The notes under the pieces: model-generated
Told to the model about the DNA's origin: nothing
The model's input: the letters and a program-made list of their open reading frames with translations, nothing else
Databases searched by the model: none
Position numbers and translations under genes: made by a program
Origin: Euglena gracilis
Taxonomy: Eukaryota
Assembly: GCA_039621445.1 (NCBI GenBank)
Contig: CP154954.1
Coordinates: 43,813,847 to 43,877,846 of the forward strand
DNA length: 64,000 bases
Direction: 5' to 3'
In this document: piece after piece, positions 35,807 to 48,290 of the stretch
Layout of the letters: each line of letters starts with the position of its first letter
Numbering within the stretch: the first letter of the stretch is position 1

Positions 35807-38800
35807 ATGGAGGCGGCGGGGGCAGCCCTGGGTGTCGGGGCCGCGGCCACTTTGTTTGCATCGCATGCAAACCGCCGCCACTGCCGGGCCCCTCGCCCCT
35901 TTCCCCTCCGTTAACCTTGGCCGGGCCGCCGTCCCGTCATAGGGGAACCCTCACCTCAGAAGTGAGGTTCCCCCTATGTGTACAGTTAGGTTGCTAGTTG
36001 GGTAAAACCCCAAATATAAATCCCAAATTTGGATCCCAAACTAAAATGAATAAAAATAAAAGGCAACATACAAACCTCCCTGATTTGGCGACCAAAAATA
36101 ATCCCCCCTTGGAAGCGCCGATAGCTGGATCGCGAACGTCGAGGGGTGGGATGTCACGGGAGGTTGGTCTGTGGGAGGTGGGTGCCGCAGCCGGCCGTGG
36201 CCCAACCACGGCGAATTTTGGCTTTCAAAATTTTCTTTTGGTTGGGCCAAAAGAAAAAAGGAAACCCAACGTCGAGAGACAGCAAAATTCCTGAAGATGT
36301 ATGATTTTGTTACCGTTTTTAGCAATTCATTGGATTTTACATTTTTGCTCCAAAAATGGTGACCAACTAGAATTTTGCTTGAAAAAAATGGTGAATTTGG
36401 GCGAGATGAGGGCAAATTTGGAAACATCATGCTTTCAGCCACAGAGAACTCCTGGGGGGTTTCGGTGCCAAGCGCCGGAAAACTTTTTTGGAATTGCCTT
36501 GGAATTCCGATTTGGGGGGGTCCCGCACAGAGCCGTGGATGGGTGGGAGGACCCCCTCCTCCCTGCAGGGGCCTTAAAAGAAGCCTAAAAACCGGGGGGC
36601 TATTTGAGGGGAGGCGAGGGGAGCCACTCCACCCTGCAAGGGGGGGGGTTGCCCGCCTGGCTGGAAACCCCTTCTTTGACTGAAGAAATCCCCGGTGAGG
36701 CAGAGCCCGCGAAGCCCGTCACGCAGTCAAACGCTCTGCTCCCCCGAGGATGCGGCCTGCCCCGGCACTGCCTCCCCCGCATCGCCCTCTGTAGAGTACG
36801 CACAGAGCGCCCGACCACTTGTCACGCGCTCCAACACTTTGCCTTCTCACTGGTGTTTTTTTGGCCCCACCTGCCGCCGCCGCGCGATGGCATCCGGCCG
36901 GGAGCCAGGCCTGTGGCGGGACGACACTGTGGATGTGCAATTTTCCCGGATTGTGTTGCACAGCAGGGGTTGGTTTGAAGCCAGAGGGAACCCTACCCAC
37001 CAGGGGGTCCAGCCATCCAGCACTTTTTCCCCGGCCCGCACCTCCCAGATGGGCTGCGGAGGTGAAAAATGCCCAAAATAGGGCATTTTTTGGGTGGTTT
37101 TTTGGTTTTTCACCTCAAAAAAGCCCGGTCCCCCCCGAACCCCCCACCCCTTTGGGGGGGGGGCAGCAAGCACCTTTTTTTCCAGCCAGCACCTCTTTCC
37201 AGCTGTCCCGCAGGACCCTGGAACGTCAGTAACTGGAGGGGCTGATGCGGTTTGACACACACAAATGCGGAAATCCTTTCCTCCATTTGTTCCCGCCCTA
37301 ATCACTTTCTCTGGCAAAATGAAAATGCCTTCAAGGCCGGGCTGAACAGCTGGCTGTGCTGGCAGGTGAGTGAATCCATAGAAACAGTCCAATTGCTCCC
37401 TGAAGGAGTGCCCCGAGGAAGTGGAATGGCTTGCATCATACTGGTGGGTGTCGGGATAATCTGTGGGTTTGCTGGTGCCGGGAACGATAGTTTCCAGGGC
37501 AGGACCCTGACAGGCTTTTGGAAACGACAAGCCAAGTCAAGGCCAAGGCCAGCCAAGGCCACCGCCATACTCCCCCCCCCCCCTGGTCCCCGTCCTGCTT
37601 ACATGCAAACTGGGCCCCCCTAAAGCTGGCCTTTGGCCTTCTGCATATGGCGACCAAAAATTTTAACGTGCAAATTCGGCCCCCAAAGATTGGCCCCCAA
37701 GCGTCCCGAGGGGGGGGGGAGGGTGCCAAAGGCACTCTCGTTTCCCGGAATGGAAGCGGCGTGATCCCGTCTTTTCCGACCTGCCGACGATGAAGTGGAC
37801 CTGCCCTCGTCACCCACGCTCGCTGTGATGGGGGACGCCGACCCCCTGTTGTGTCGATTCAGGTCACCCTGTCCCCCGGCCCCCGCAGACGGCTTTCTTC
37901 CCTTCCCTTCCCCCCTCTCCCTCCGCCCAGCACCGATGCTTTTCCCATATACCAGCCTGGCTCCCTACCCAGGCTGCGCCAACCCCCCCTCCCTCCCCTC
38001 CCTCCTCCCCCAGGGAATTTGTTTCACTGGAGATCACAGGCAGCATTTTCTTGTTTCCCCAGCCAGCTGCTCTCGCTGGGCTGCATCCCCGCAGGTCAAC
38101 AGAAATAATGTTGCCCCCTTCGCTTAATGGAAGTACAGGTGCGCTTATAGCGGACCACGGCCTCCGGCGGCAGGGGGGGGCATTTCTATTTGGGCCCCAC
38201 CTGCGTGATTTTTGTTGATTTTCTTTGGAAACCCCAGCAAAATGAGGTTGCACTTGTGGTGGCCTGCCACCTTCGGTGGCGGGGGTCCGCTTTTGTTTGG
38301 ACCGTGGCGGACCTGTGCTTCTATTAGGGGGTATTAGGGGGGTATGGGCACGAGACACCAGGAAAATAAACAAAAGAATGGCTGTTTCTCGTAATCTTGG
38401 CTGAAAAGTCCTTACCCAGCTTTGATTTGGGCTTTTTTACCAGTCGTCGGGTTGCCAGTTTTCAGGAACCAGCTGGGTTCAGCATACAATCACCAGTCAC
38501 TGTCCCCCCCGGATGGGTGATCGGTTTTTCCCCAGAGTGACTGGCTGAGGGACAGGCATGGACCCTGCTTCCCGGGGGGGGGGGTCGGTTAAAAAAAATG
38601 CCTCAAGTGACCCGGCGCCGAAGGCTCTGGAAATTCTTTCGCCTTTTCATGTTTGTGGTCAAATTTCCTTTGGATTACGGAGTGGCTGCCCCCCTCCCCC
38701 AGGGGGGGAGTGACTGACTGGTTTTATGGAAAACAGTGACTGACTGGTTTTTGAAAGAGTGGGAGTGACTCCCCCCCACCAGGGGTCGGTAACAATTTTT

Positions 38801-40050
38801 GTATGCCCCCAAGGGGCATCGGTCCAGCCAGCACCTTGCTTCAAATTCCCTGACCCCCCCCCCCCCCCGACCCTCCTCATCCCTAACCCGCAGAATTGCA
38901 CTGCCCAGGCCCACCCCCTCGAGTTGGCTCTGGCCTGGCAACAGCTATTGCGGCAAACGGGCTGCAAGGTTGGAAGGCGGAAGGGGGGAGCGCACTTCTT
39001 GGGGCATGGCCATGCTGGGAGTTCTGCGCACAGCAAAGCGGGGGCGAAGTTTTCTCTCTTGACTGAAGGGGGGGGGGCTCCAAGTTTTTCGATGGGCATG
39101 AATCATGCTCCTTGGCATTATCCGGCCAGGCCACCCTGCCTGAATGGCTGGAAAGGTGCACACGGCGCCTTTCAACTCACCTCTCCCCCCTTCCTGGCAG
39201 TTTGCCAACCCCCCCCCCCTTTCCCCGCTGCTGTTTTGTATTTGAAAAAGGCCAAATCCGGGATGGGGGGATCACGTTTATTGCTTTTGTTGCATGGAAA
39301 CGCAAGTAGGTGCCCAAGCCAGAATTTCTTGGCAACGGAAAAAAGCATCGTCAGCAGTGCGGGGCCGTTTGGGGGCCCCACATTGCTGGTCTGCAGTGGG
39401 ACAGCGGAAGCAACCCCCCCCGTGGCCGGCTGCATTTGACTGCCCGGCACCTTTCCGATAACCCGCGCCGCCGGGCTGGACGCTGGGCGGGAGTGGCCCT
39501 GGCAGCCACTCAGCATCCCAGTGCCCTGGCCTCTCAGCGCCCCGAGGAGGACAGCGCCGCTGCCACCGCCAGCCGTTCATCCCGGGCACCGCTGTGACAG
39601 GCGTGGACCGCGCCCGGTCAGTGCTGCCGGGGCCGGAAAATTATCCCCAGACAACGTTGCACTGCCCCAAAGCTTTGTAAACCCGAATACCTTTGCAGGG
39701 GGTGGTGGGACGTTAAGTGTGTCCTTTATCTTTATATGGGGTATGGGGGTTTGCGCCACCTTGGGTAGGTGGCGCCCTCCAGGGTCTAGTTGAACATCTG
39801 ACCACGATGAAAAAGGGTTGTTTTTTTGACTGCCGATCGAAGGACGACGCCATCCATTACCCCAAAACCTGGGACACGGCAGGGCGCGGGCTGAAAGTTT
39901 CTTGTTTGTCCATGCCCTCCTCCTCCTCCCCTTCCCTTTTTCCTTTCCTCTCCGCTCCGGTGTCCCCCCAGCCTCACCCAGCCCTCCCGCACAATACACC
40001 GAGGCCACCATCGAGTTGGTGCCTGGCCGCCACGCGCGACATTGTTGCCA
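35807..40050 (+). CDS. Possible multi-exon gene of unknown function
   Basis: Scattered GC3-rich segments (~36880 LWRDDTVDVQFSRIVL, ~37790, ~39340, ~39838 SKDDAIHYPKTWDT, ~39990 QYTEATIELV); no motif recognised and junctions not built. Confidence 0.25.
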
Positions 40051-40934
40051 CATCACAACCCACACTGTAACCCTGCACATTATTTCTCTCTTTACCACAT
40101 GCACTCTGGTGAGTGCCGTCTCTCTCTTTTGAATTGGTGTTGCTGGGGGAACTCCTTTGGGGGGGAACTCCTTACCGACGCGAGAGTGTGTGTTTGTGGG
40201 GGAAGTGTGTTGTCAGTCGGTGTGGTGCGTGATTGGAAGTTTGCATTCCGCTTTTTTTTTGCGCAAGCATGAAATGCATGATGTCTCATGGTTGTTTCCA
40301 GAAAAGAATGAAAGTTACAGGAATAAATTTGCAACAAGTTTCAATTCAATTTCAACCCCTTTTGGGAGTTGAGGTTTTTTCCGTCCAAGCGCCAAATCTT
40401 CATTTACCACAGGGACAAGGTGGTGCCGATCCTCAAAAACTCCGGTTTGGGTTTCAGAAGCTTTCTTCTCTCAGCTAGCCCTGTGCAAAGGCCCTGCATC
40501 CTGGAGCTATTGAGAGTCCACTGTGACCACACCAAATCTCCCTCCGAAGCTCTACCACGTCCACACTCAAGGCGTTGGTAGTTTGCAAGCACCCGGCAAG
40601 TTTTGACAGATTGTTCATCCCCTGATCCACGCCGTCATATTCTGCTGGGTTTCTCACCATGTCCCTCGCCGCTCAGTCAAACTGCCCACTTCCACCTCAC
40701 CTAAACAGCACCCCCAACACTACCTAACACCGCAAACCACGCAACCGGCCACCCGGACTCCAGGGACACGAAACCCTGCTCAGAACCCGACGCTCACAGC
40801 ACAGACAGCCACCCTTCAAACGGGTGTACGGGTTTTGGGTAGGGTAGGGTAGGGTAGGGTGTCCCCCCAGCCACCCTTCCTGGGCCGGGGGGGGGGGGTC
40901 CTACCCCCCCACTGCCATCGTATATCGAACCCTG

Positions 40935-40970
40935 CTTCCCCCCCCCACCGCCTCCCATCACTCCCCACAG
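40935..40970 (+). promoter_or_regulatory. Candidate spliced-leader trans-splicing acceptor
   Basis: Pyrimidine-rich tract ending in CACAG 36 nt upstream of ATG 41007; SL trans-splicing is known in Euglenozoa. Confidence 0.35.
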
Positions 40971-41006
40971 ACCCGGCCCGCCCCCCCACCCGAAGCCACC
41001 CACACC

Positions 41007-44000
41007 ATGTACGGCTCTGTGCCCGCGGACCAGGTGGCGCCGGACCCCCGGCCGAGGGACGGCGCCGAGGGGCAGGGGCTGCTGCGCGGCCAGCCCCAGC
41101 CCCGGCCCACCGGCACCCAGTGCTCCTTCTGCGCACTCCTGCTGGGGCTTGCCCTCCTGGTAGCGGAGTGGGGCTTTGTTGACTTGCCAGGGGTGTTTTT
41201 TTTAAAAAAAAGAAAATGCCCCCCTCCCCCTATGTCCAACACCAACAACCCCCCCCCGGTCGGAGGGCATCTTTTCGGAGGTTTGACCAAATTTTTGGTC
41301 CCGGTGCTGGGCCAAAAGTTTTTGCGCTGAGAATCAGCCAATATCGGCCAAAATGTCATTTTTTGGAACTTTTTGAGCAAAAATTTGTCAAAATTGCCCA
41401 AAATTTTCGGCGCGAAGCGCCAGAAGGGAAGATTTGGCCTTTTTCAGGGGGGGTGGTCCCGGGTGCCCTCAGATGATTTTTTGGACCCCTTGTCCTCCCG
41501 ATCGGAGAACAGAGGTTACCGATCGTTGAACAAAAAAATTGTGTACAATAACTCACATGCAAAAGATGGCACGCATAGTATGTATGTGTTTTGTTTTAAG
41601 AAAACAAAGCCCCCCCCCAAAAAGCTGCACAGCCCCACTCCCAGGGGACCCTCGTACTTTACCACTTCCTGCAGCCGCCCCCCAAGATCCCAACCAGCCT
41701 CCCCCCGCAGTGACGGGGCACCCCTGCCCAAGCCCACTGCCCATGGCAGCAGCAGGTCCCCTTGTGAAATGGAGGGCAGGCCCCCGCCGTGGGGCTGCCT
41801 CGGGCTGCCCCACCCCCGGCTCAGCTTGCTTGCCACCCCCGGCTCAGCTTGCCTCTGGTGCCCTGTCTCGGGTCACAGCCACGGACGGATGCAGCGGCAC
41901 TGTCACAGCGTGCGGCTCAACCTGCACCCAGACAGAAACTGGAGGGGTGGGCTGGGGCGTGGCTGCCCCCAAAGCACTGGGAGCCCCGCTGCCCGAAGGG
42001 CAACCTGGACATCATGGGGGAGTGCCGGGACCGCGGGGAGTTCGGGGTGGACGGCGCCTCCCGGGCGTTCGTGTTCGAGAACCACGCGAACTTCCCTGTG
42101 TGGGTGGCCGGCATCGGGCCGCCCACCTACCACGCCGACCCCGCCATCACCGGCTTCCACCCAGGCTGCGACTGCCAGCGACAGCAGCCTGCCACAGCAC
42201 CTCCTGTCCGAAACAGAAAAAGGGAAAAAAGAGAAAAAGAGAGAGAACGGTGCATTCCCAAAACATTCATTGTTTGTGACCTTGGACAGGTGCCCCACGA
42301 AGGCAGTGCGCGCAACAGACCCAACGAGTCCGCTCGGCCAAAGAATTATTTCTTCGGTTTGTTTTCTCTTCTATGGCTGCATTGTCGTTGTTTTGCTGCT
42401 ACCTTGGCCCCTAATGCGACGACCCCCCATTTAACGACAGCACCAGACGAGGGCAACGCAGGAATCAGGCTGGTGCGTTGAAGCGACCAAGAGCTTTCGC
42501 TCCTGCTGCGGCCAAGGATTTGAATTTGAATTTTGAATTTGATTTTGAATTTGGGCCGCCAACGGCAACGCCCAGGAAACTGCCGGCCAAAGCACCACCC
42601 GGGCCCGGTCGGGCGGCGCAGGGCGTGCCTGGCGGCAGCTGCAGCCGGGGCAGTACAAGGTGATCTCCCTGCCCTCCACGCTGGAGTCCGTCCGCTTCTG
42701 GCCCCGCACCGGCTGCCGCTACGTGCAGGACACCATCTCCCAGATGGGCGTCAACGTCAACATCACCGCCGGGCAGTGCCCCTGCCCCTGCCCCAACCCA
42801 CCCCCCCTCCCCCTCCCGTCTCCCGTGTTTCACTGTTTTGCAAGTGTGAACTTGTTCAGCGCTGCGGCAAAACCTTTTCTTGCTCTGTGACCACGGCTGC
42901 GTAAAAAATTGCTTGTGTCGCGGCCATCGTGGAATTTTTTGCTTTTTGCCTTTTTTTCTTTTTCTTTTGTTTGTTTTTTTTTATGCCGCGCACCAGCGGT
43001 GCAGCACAGCTTGTCCCCAGAGACCAACGTGTGGGACCCGCCAGGCGCCGTGCCCGGGCCAAGTTCCGCTGTGACACGGGGGACTGCGGCAGCATCCTGA
43101 ACATGTACGGCATGGGGCAGGGGGCGGGGAGGCCCCCGGACCATCATCCCCTCGACAAAGCCCTTGCATCGCACGCTGCCCCCCCCCCCCTCTCGCAGAA
43201 TGGCAACCGGTTCATGACAACAGCCGAAGCTGCAGCACGAGGCAAGAACTAACAATTTTACCGCCCGGGGGTCACTTCCACCCTTCCAAAGGCCAGTCAG
43301 CCACTAACCCCCGAGAGGGTCGGACACTCTGGGATCCAGGCAAAACTGACCGAAACATGAGGAAAATGGCTGAAAGAATTCGGGCACCTTCGTCGCCAGG
43401 CCATTTTGGTTGTTTTTTTTTGCCCAAGCCAACCCACTCTGAAAAAACCAGTCAGTCACCCCCCTCCCGTTGGGATGTTGGCCAGTGACTATGTGACTGG
43501 ATGTGCAAGAAGCATGGTTCAATACAACTTTTGCTGATTTGCCACGAGATCTGTTCGGCACCGAAATCAAGCACCGAAAACCTTACCCCCAAAGTCGACC
43601 AAGGTTGCAAAAAATTGTCAAGAAAATCTTGGGTGAGAAGCACCAGAAAATATTTTTGACAATTTGGATGGAATCCCTGGTACCCTGGGGATGGGTCTGG
43701 ACCTCCCCACCAAGTGGGAGTGGTCATTTTAAGGCAGTGGGGATGGGAGAGATGTTTCGCCGTCCTTTCTTTCCCCTTCATTCACAGCATCCTTTCTGAA
43801 GGCTTCCAAAATACATTGGTTTTCATTGACTAATTATTAACTAACCCCCCCCCCAAATAATACCCCCCCGGGGTATTATTTTTTTCGCCCGAAGCCCCAG
43901 CCTGGGGGGGGGTATTATTTGGGGGGGTATTATTTGGGCGGGTATTATTTCCCAAAAATTTTCGAATTTTTTTGAAGTTCCGTAGGAGCAAAAATATCGC

Positions 44001-44914
44001 CAAAGCCCTTCTTTGGGGTCATTTTTTGCACTTTCTCATGAAATTTAACATTTTTTGGAGGCCAGATGATCCAGAAAAAATCGATTTTTTCCGTAATTTG
44101 TTTTCAGAGATTGTGGTTTCTGCCTACATTTTCAGGTCAAAGAATTCTGGGGGTGTATTATTTCGGTGGCCGAAGTCGGACCCCGAGGGGGGGGGTATTA
44201 TTTGGGGGGGTATTATTTGGCGGAAGGGTTTATTAATTATTTCTATATTGCTGTTAAATAATTAATCAATTAACAAAACATAATTTTAACGTCGCAGATG
44301 GCGGCAAAAAAAGTTGCTTGTGTCACCATCACTGCAGATTTTTTTTGTGCCAGGCTTTGTGATGCAGCTGTGTTGCCAGCATAAATCATGACACAGTTCT
44401 GAAGTTCTGATATATTTTCATTGGAGGTCAATTGTTGATGAGTACACACTAAACATCTACAAAATAAATAAACACATCGATAAGCGAACATACGCCAAGT
44501 ACAAAAATTGATCATCACCCGTAAATAAAAGTTTTGAAGGTTTTTGAAGGTTTGTCCACTCCGCTCCCCTTCGCTGCGGATGCCCTGATCTTTTACGGTT
44601 TTCCAGGTGGCCCCCCTCGCCCACGGCCCCACCCCCTGGCGGGGAGTGCCAGATGGTCTCCGGGCTGCCGCCGGCCACCCTGGCGGAGTTCTCCCTCTCC
44701 ACCAAGGGGAACGACTTCTACGACTTGAGTAATGTGGACGGGTATGGTCGGGCAGCGGCGCGTTCACATGAGCACACACCATATGCATGCATCGGCACGC
44801 ACGCACACATGCACACACGCACACACACGCACACACACACACCCACACATTGTATCGTCGGTGTGGGTGTGGGTGTGGGTGTGTTTGTGTGTGCGCGTGC
44901 GCGTGCGTGTTCTG

Positions 44915-44960
<46 letters not shown>

Positions 44961-45287
44961 CATACATATGTATATAAACACAACACAACGCAACAAGCCG
45001 CACTTATATGCACGCACAAATAACCTTGCCAAATACCCCAATCCAAAAGAGCACGATGGGCATCTAATGCAGACTGATATTACACTGCTGTATGAGACCG
45101 ATTCCTCTTCCCCTCGCCCTACCTCATATCTGTGATTATCTGTGGAAATACATGGTTCTCTGTAATTGTCCATGTTTGGGGATGGCCAAAAGGGACCAAA
45201 AAATCTCCCCTAATGGCTACATACCCTGGGGTCCCCCCCTTGTTTTTTGATCATGATGATCATCAAGAGTGTGAAAGAGTCAATTTC

Positions 45288-45340
<53 letters not shown>

Positions 45341-48290
45341 CGCCGATGGGATTTTTACACGTGCTCCCCCCAGGGCATTGTCACATCTAAGAAACTGTCC
45401 GAGTTCCTCCAGGAAACCACAGGGCTCAACTCTGGCCAACAAGCACAGTTTCCGGGGGGGGGGGGGCGTCCAGTTGGTACCTACCCCCCCCCCGGGAAAC
45501 TGTCATGCCCGAGAACTTGTCAGGGTCCCGCCCGGGAAACTGTCAGGGTCCCCGGTACCGGCCACCCTGTCCGGGTCATTTTTCATCGACTTTCCCTTGA
45601 AATGCCCTATCCGGGAAACTGTCAGGGTCCTCGGTACCGGCCAACCTGTCAGGTGACAGTTTCCCGGGGGGGGGTAGGTATTTGTCCGGGCCTGGAGTGG
45701 CATCCTGGGTTGGGGGTTTGGGGCAGCGCAGCCCGGCGGCAATGTCGGCATGAAGATCGAGCCGTACAACTACGAGAAGGCCAACATCGAGGACCCCGAC
45801 TTCGACTGCGGGGCCCCGGGCTGCGTCATGGACACCTCCAAGTGCCCGGACGAGCTGAAGTTCAAGGACAGCCTGGGGGTGCCCAGGGCCTCGCAATGCG
45901 GTGTTTCATGGCAGCCCGCTTCGGCTGGCCCCGTTCCGACGGCTGGCCCCGCTACAATTGTCACTGAGTATGGAAGCCCAAAGAGCAGAGCAGAGACGGT
46001 TCAGTTTTTTGTGGATGAAATCCGTGGCCTGTATGGCGACAAATCATCTCCGTTTTAGGATTAATTGGCAACAGATATGTGAGGCTTGCACTACCCCGAA
46101 CAGGCATATCCCCCAATTGAATGGACCGATGGTTCCGGCCGGGGGGGGGGGTGCTGCACCCTACCCTAGTAGTACGCATTGCATGTCCTTTCCTTCGTCC
46201 TTTGTAATCTTGGCTGTGCCACTGTTTTGGTGGGGATCACTGAGCTCTTATCCCTTAATGGGTAAAAGCGAAGCTCACCAGAGGGGGAAACCCCATTTTT
46301 TTCGACCTCCTCGCCCCCCCCCCTCCTGGGGTAGGCTTGGGAGCTGACTGCATCCAAAGCAGGCTATTGCTTAAGGGTTCGCAGCGCACAGAATAATGCA
46401 AAAATATTTTTTTGAAGAGCATAACCAGTCAGCTTGAGGGCACTTTATTGAGAAATCTACGAAAGGAAATTACAGCAACTCCGTTGAAAGCCTGCCGACC
46501 CCTCCCCCCCCACCTCCCCGAGTGTCTGTGACCACACCGGCCACTCGGCTCGTCTGCATTGCCCTGCAGGGCCGACCCACTGCCTCAGCATCTGCCAGGC
46601 CATCTACAATGAGAAGCAGCGCGCCCGCCACCCGCGACTGCAGGAGCTGTGGGACATGCAGACCGACCGCGGCTTCATGCGGGACCAGCTGTGCTGCGGC
46701 TGGGCGGTGGCTTCCCCCGAGCCCATCGGCCCCCTGGCTCCACCCCAACACAAAATGCGTAGCCCCACAGCTGCAACCTTTCTCCCAATTGGCATCTCGA
46801 ATCCAAGCTTTGCGCGCACGTCTGTGGTCGTCTACCCATGTGTGGTGGCATCCGTGTGTGCATCGGTGTGTAGACCAGGCTTGTGCTTAGTCGGGTGCCC
46901 ACCCCACGGGGGGGATGCTAGGGGCAGTGCTAGGGGCAGACACCCTTATAGCACCCCATCCGACCCCCCCCCGGGGGGTAGGGTTTTGGGGGGTTCCTGC
47001 CCATAGCAGGCACCCCCCTCCGACCCTGGCGCCTTCGGCACTGGGGGCCCGGAAAAGCCCATTTTCAGTGAAAATTTTCTGGGTCCCCCCCGGGGGTGCC
47101 TGCTAGGGGCAGGCACCCTATAGCACCCACCCCAAGCACAAGCCTGGTGTGGACGCGCAGATGCGGCAGGCAGACAGGTGGCTTATATGTGCGGGTACAC
47201 ATGGTGTAGCAAGGTCGCCCATGTGGCGAAGCCTCCATCCAGCGACACGTGCGGCACCGGCGGCGGGTTGTGCGAGTCCCTGGGGTCCCCCTGCACCTAC
47301 GGCTGCTCGCCCTTCGTGGACAGCTACTCCGATGCGGGGTACAGCACCCGCAAGTGTGAGAACATCCCCGCCGAGGGCAGACCCCTGTCAACCCCGTGGT
47401 GAGTTGGGGAAGACTTTCCAATTGGTCTACATAGTTGCCCCCTGCCAAGATGATGTGGTGCTCATGTGTGCCTCCGCCAACCATCTGGCCATTTGCTCTT
47501 CCAATTCCTCAATTTTTTTTCCGCGGCAAGTGAGATAAATGACAAATAAGAAATCTGTGATCCGCAGGATGGTTCCGGAGCAGGCTGTTTTTTAGTCGGG
47601 TGCTGACCCCACCCTGGGGGGGGGGGTGCCTGCCTGGGCAGGCATGTCAAGGCACTCCAAATCCGACCCCCCCTGGGGGCACACGGCCAAAAGTGCCCTA
47701 GCACAGACCCTGGCGCCGAAGGCACCGGGGAGCCAAAAATGGCCTATTTTCAAAGGAATGTGCCTGTGAAGAGGCCGAAATCCGACCCCCCCGGGGGGTA
47801 GTGCCTGCCTGGGCAGGCACTCCAAGGCACTCCGGACCCCCCTCCCCCCCCGGGGTTGGTTAAAAAACAGCCTGTTCCGGAGAGGGGGTGAGGAAAGGTG
47901 GCCAAGATTATCCCAATGGCAGGCCGGTGGGAGGGGTCGTTCATGAACTGGGCTGCAAATTTGCGAAGCCACAGTGCAAGTTGCAGAAGGGCATGCCCGC
48001 GTGACTTGCGGAGTTGGAATGCGTTGCCAATGGGTCCGCTGCTGTGCTCCGGGCCCCCAAAGCAGTCGAGTCTCCCGCACAGTGCGGTCCGGAGCAGGGT
48101 GGGGGGCCCTCGCCGCGGCACGTACCTCCCCAAGTGGCCGAAGGCGTCCAACGGCGAGAACTACGCCTCTGTGTTCAACAAGCAGTGCCCGGAGGCGTAC
48201 AGCTGGCAGTTCAACGACGACCAGTCCACGTACCAGTGCCGCCTGGCGGACTACAAGGTGAAGTTCCACAGCCACCGCAGCGGGCTGTAG
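41007..48290 (+). CDS. Multi-exon thaumatin-like protein (PR-5 / GH152-like), about 11 exons
   Basis: Exon motifs FENHANFPVWV (41961-42178), VRFWPRTGC (~42690), FRCDTGDCG (~43065), PPATLAEF..DFYDLSNVDGY (44644-44745), NVGMKIEP..C.APGC..D...CPDEL (45741-45880), CLSIC (~46571), ~47247-47365, YASVFNKQCPEAYSWQFNDDQSTYQC..ADYKVKF, stop at 48290; hydrophobic stretch in putative exon 1. Confidence 0.9.
43842..44232. mobile_element. TA-flanked MITE with AAATAATACCCC repeats
   Basis: TAACCCCCCCCCAAATAATACCCC / GGGGTATTATTTGGCGGAAGGGTTTA; GGGTATTATTT repeated several times. Confidence 0.7.
47581..47874. mobile_element. hAT-like MITE, family C (truncated copy at ~29611-29817)
   Basis: Perfect 14-bp TIR CAGGCTGTTTTTTA / TAAAAAACAGCCTG; perfect 8-bp TSD TTCCGGAG; GCACACGGCCAAAAGTGCCCTAGCACAGACCC shared with the 29.7 kb copy. 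Confidence 0.9.
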
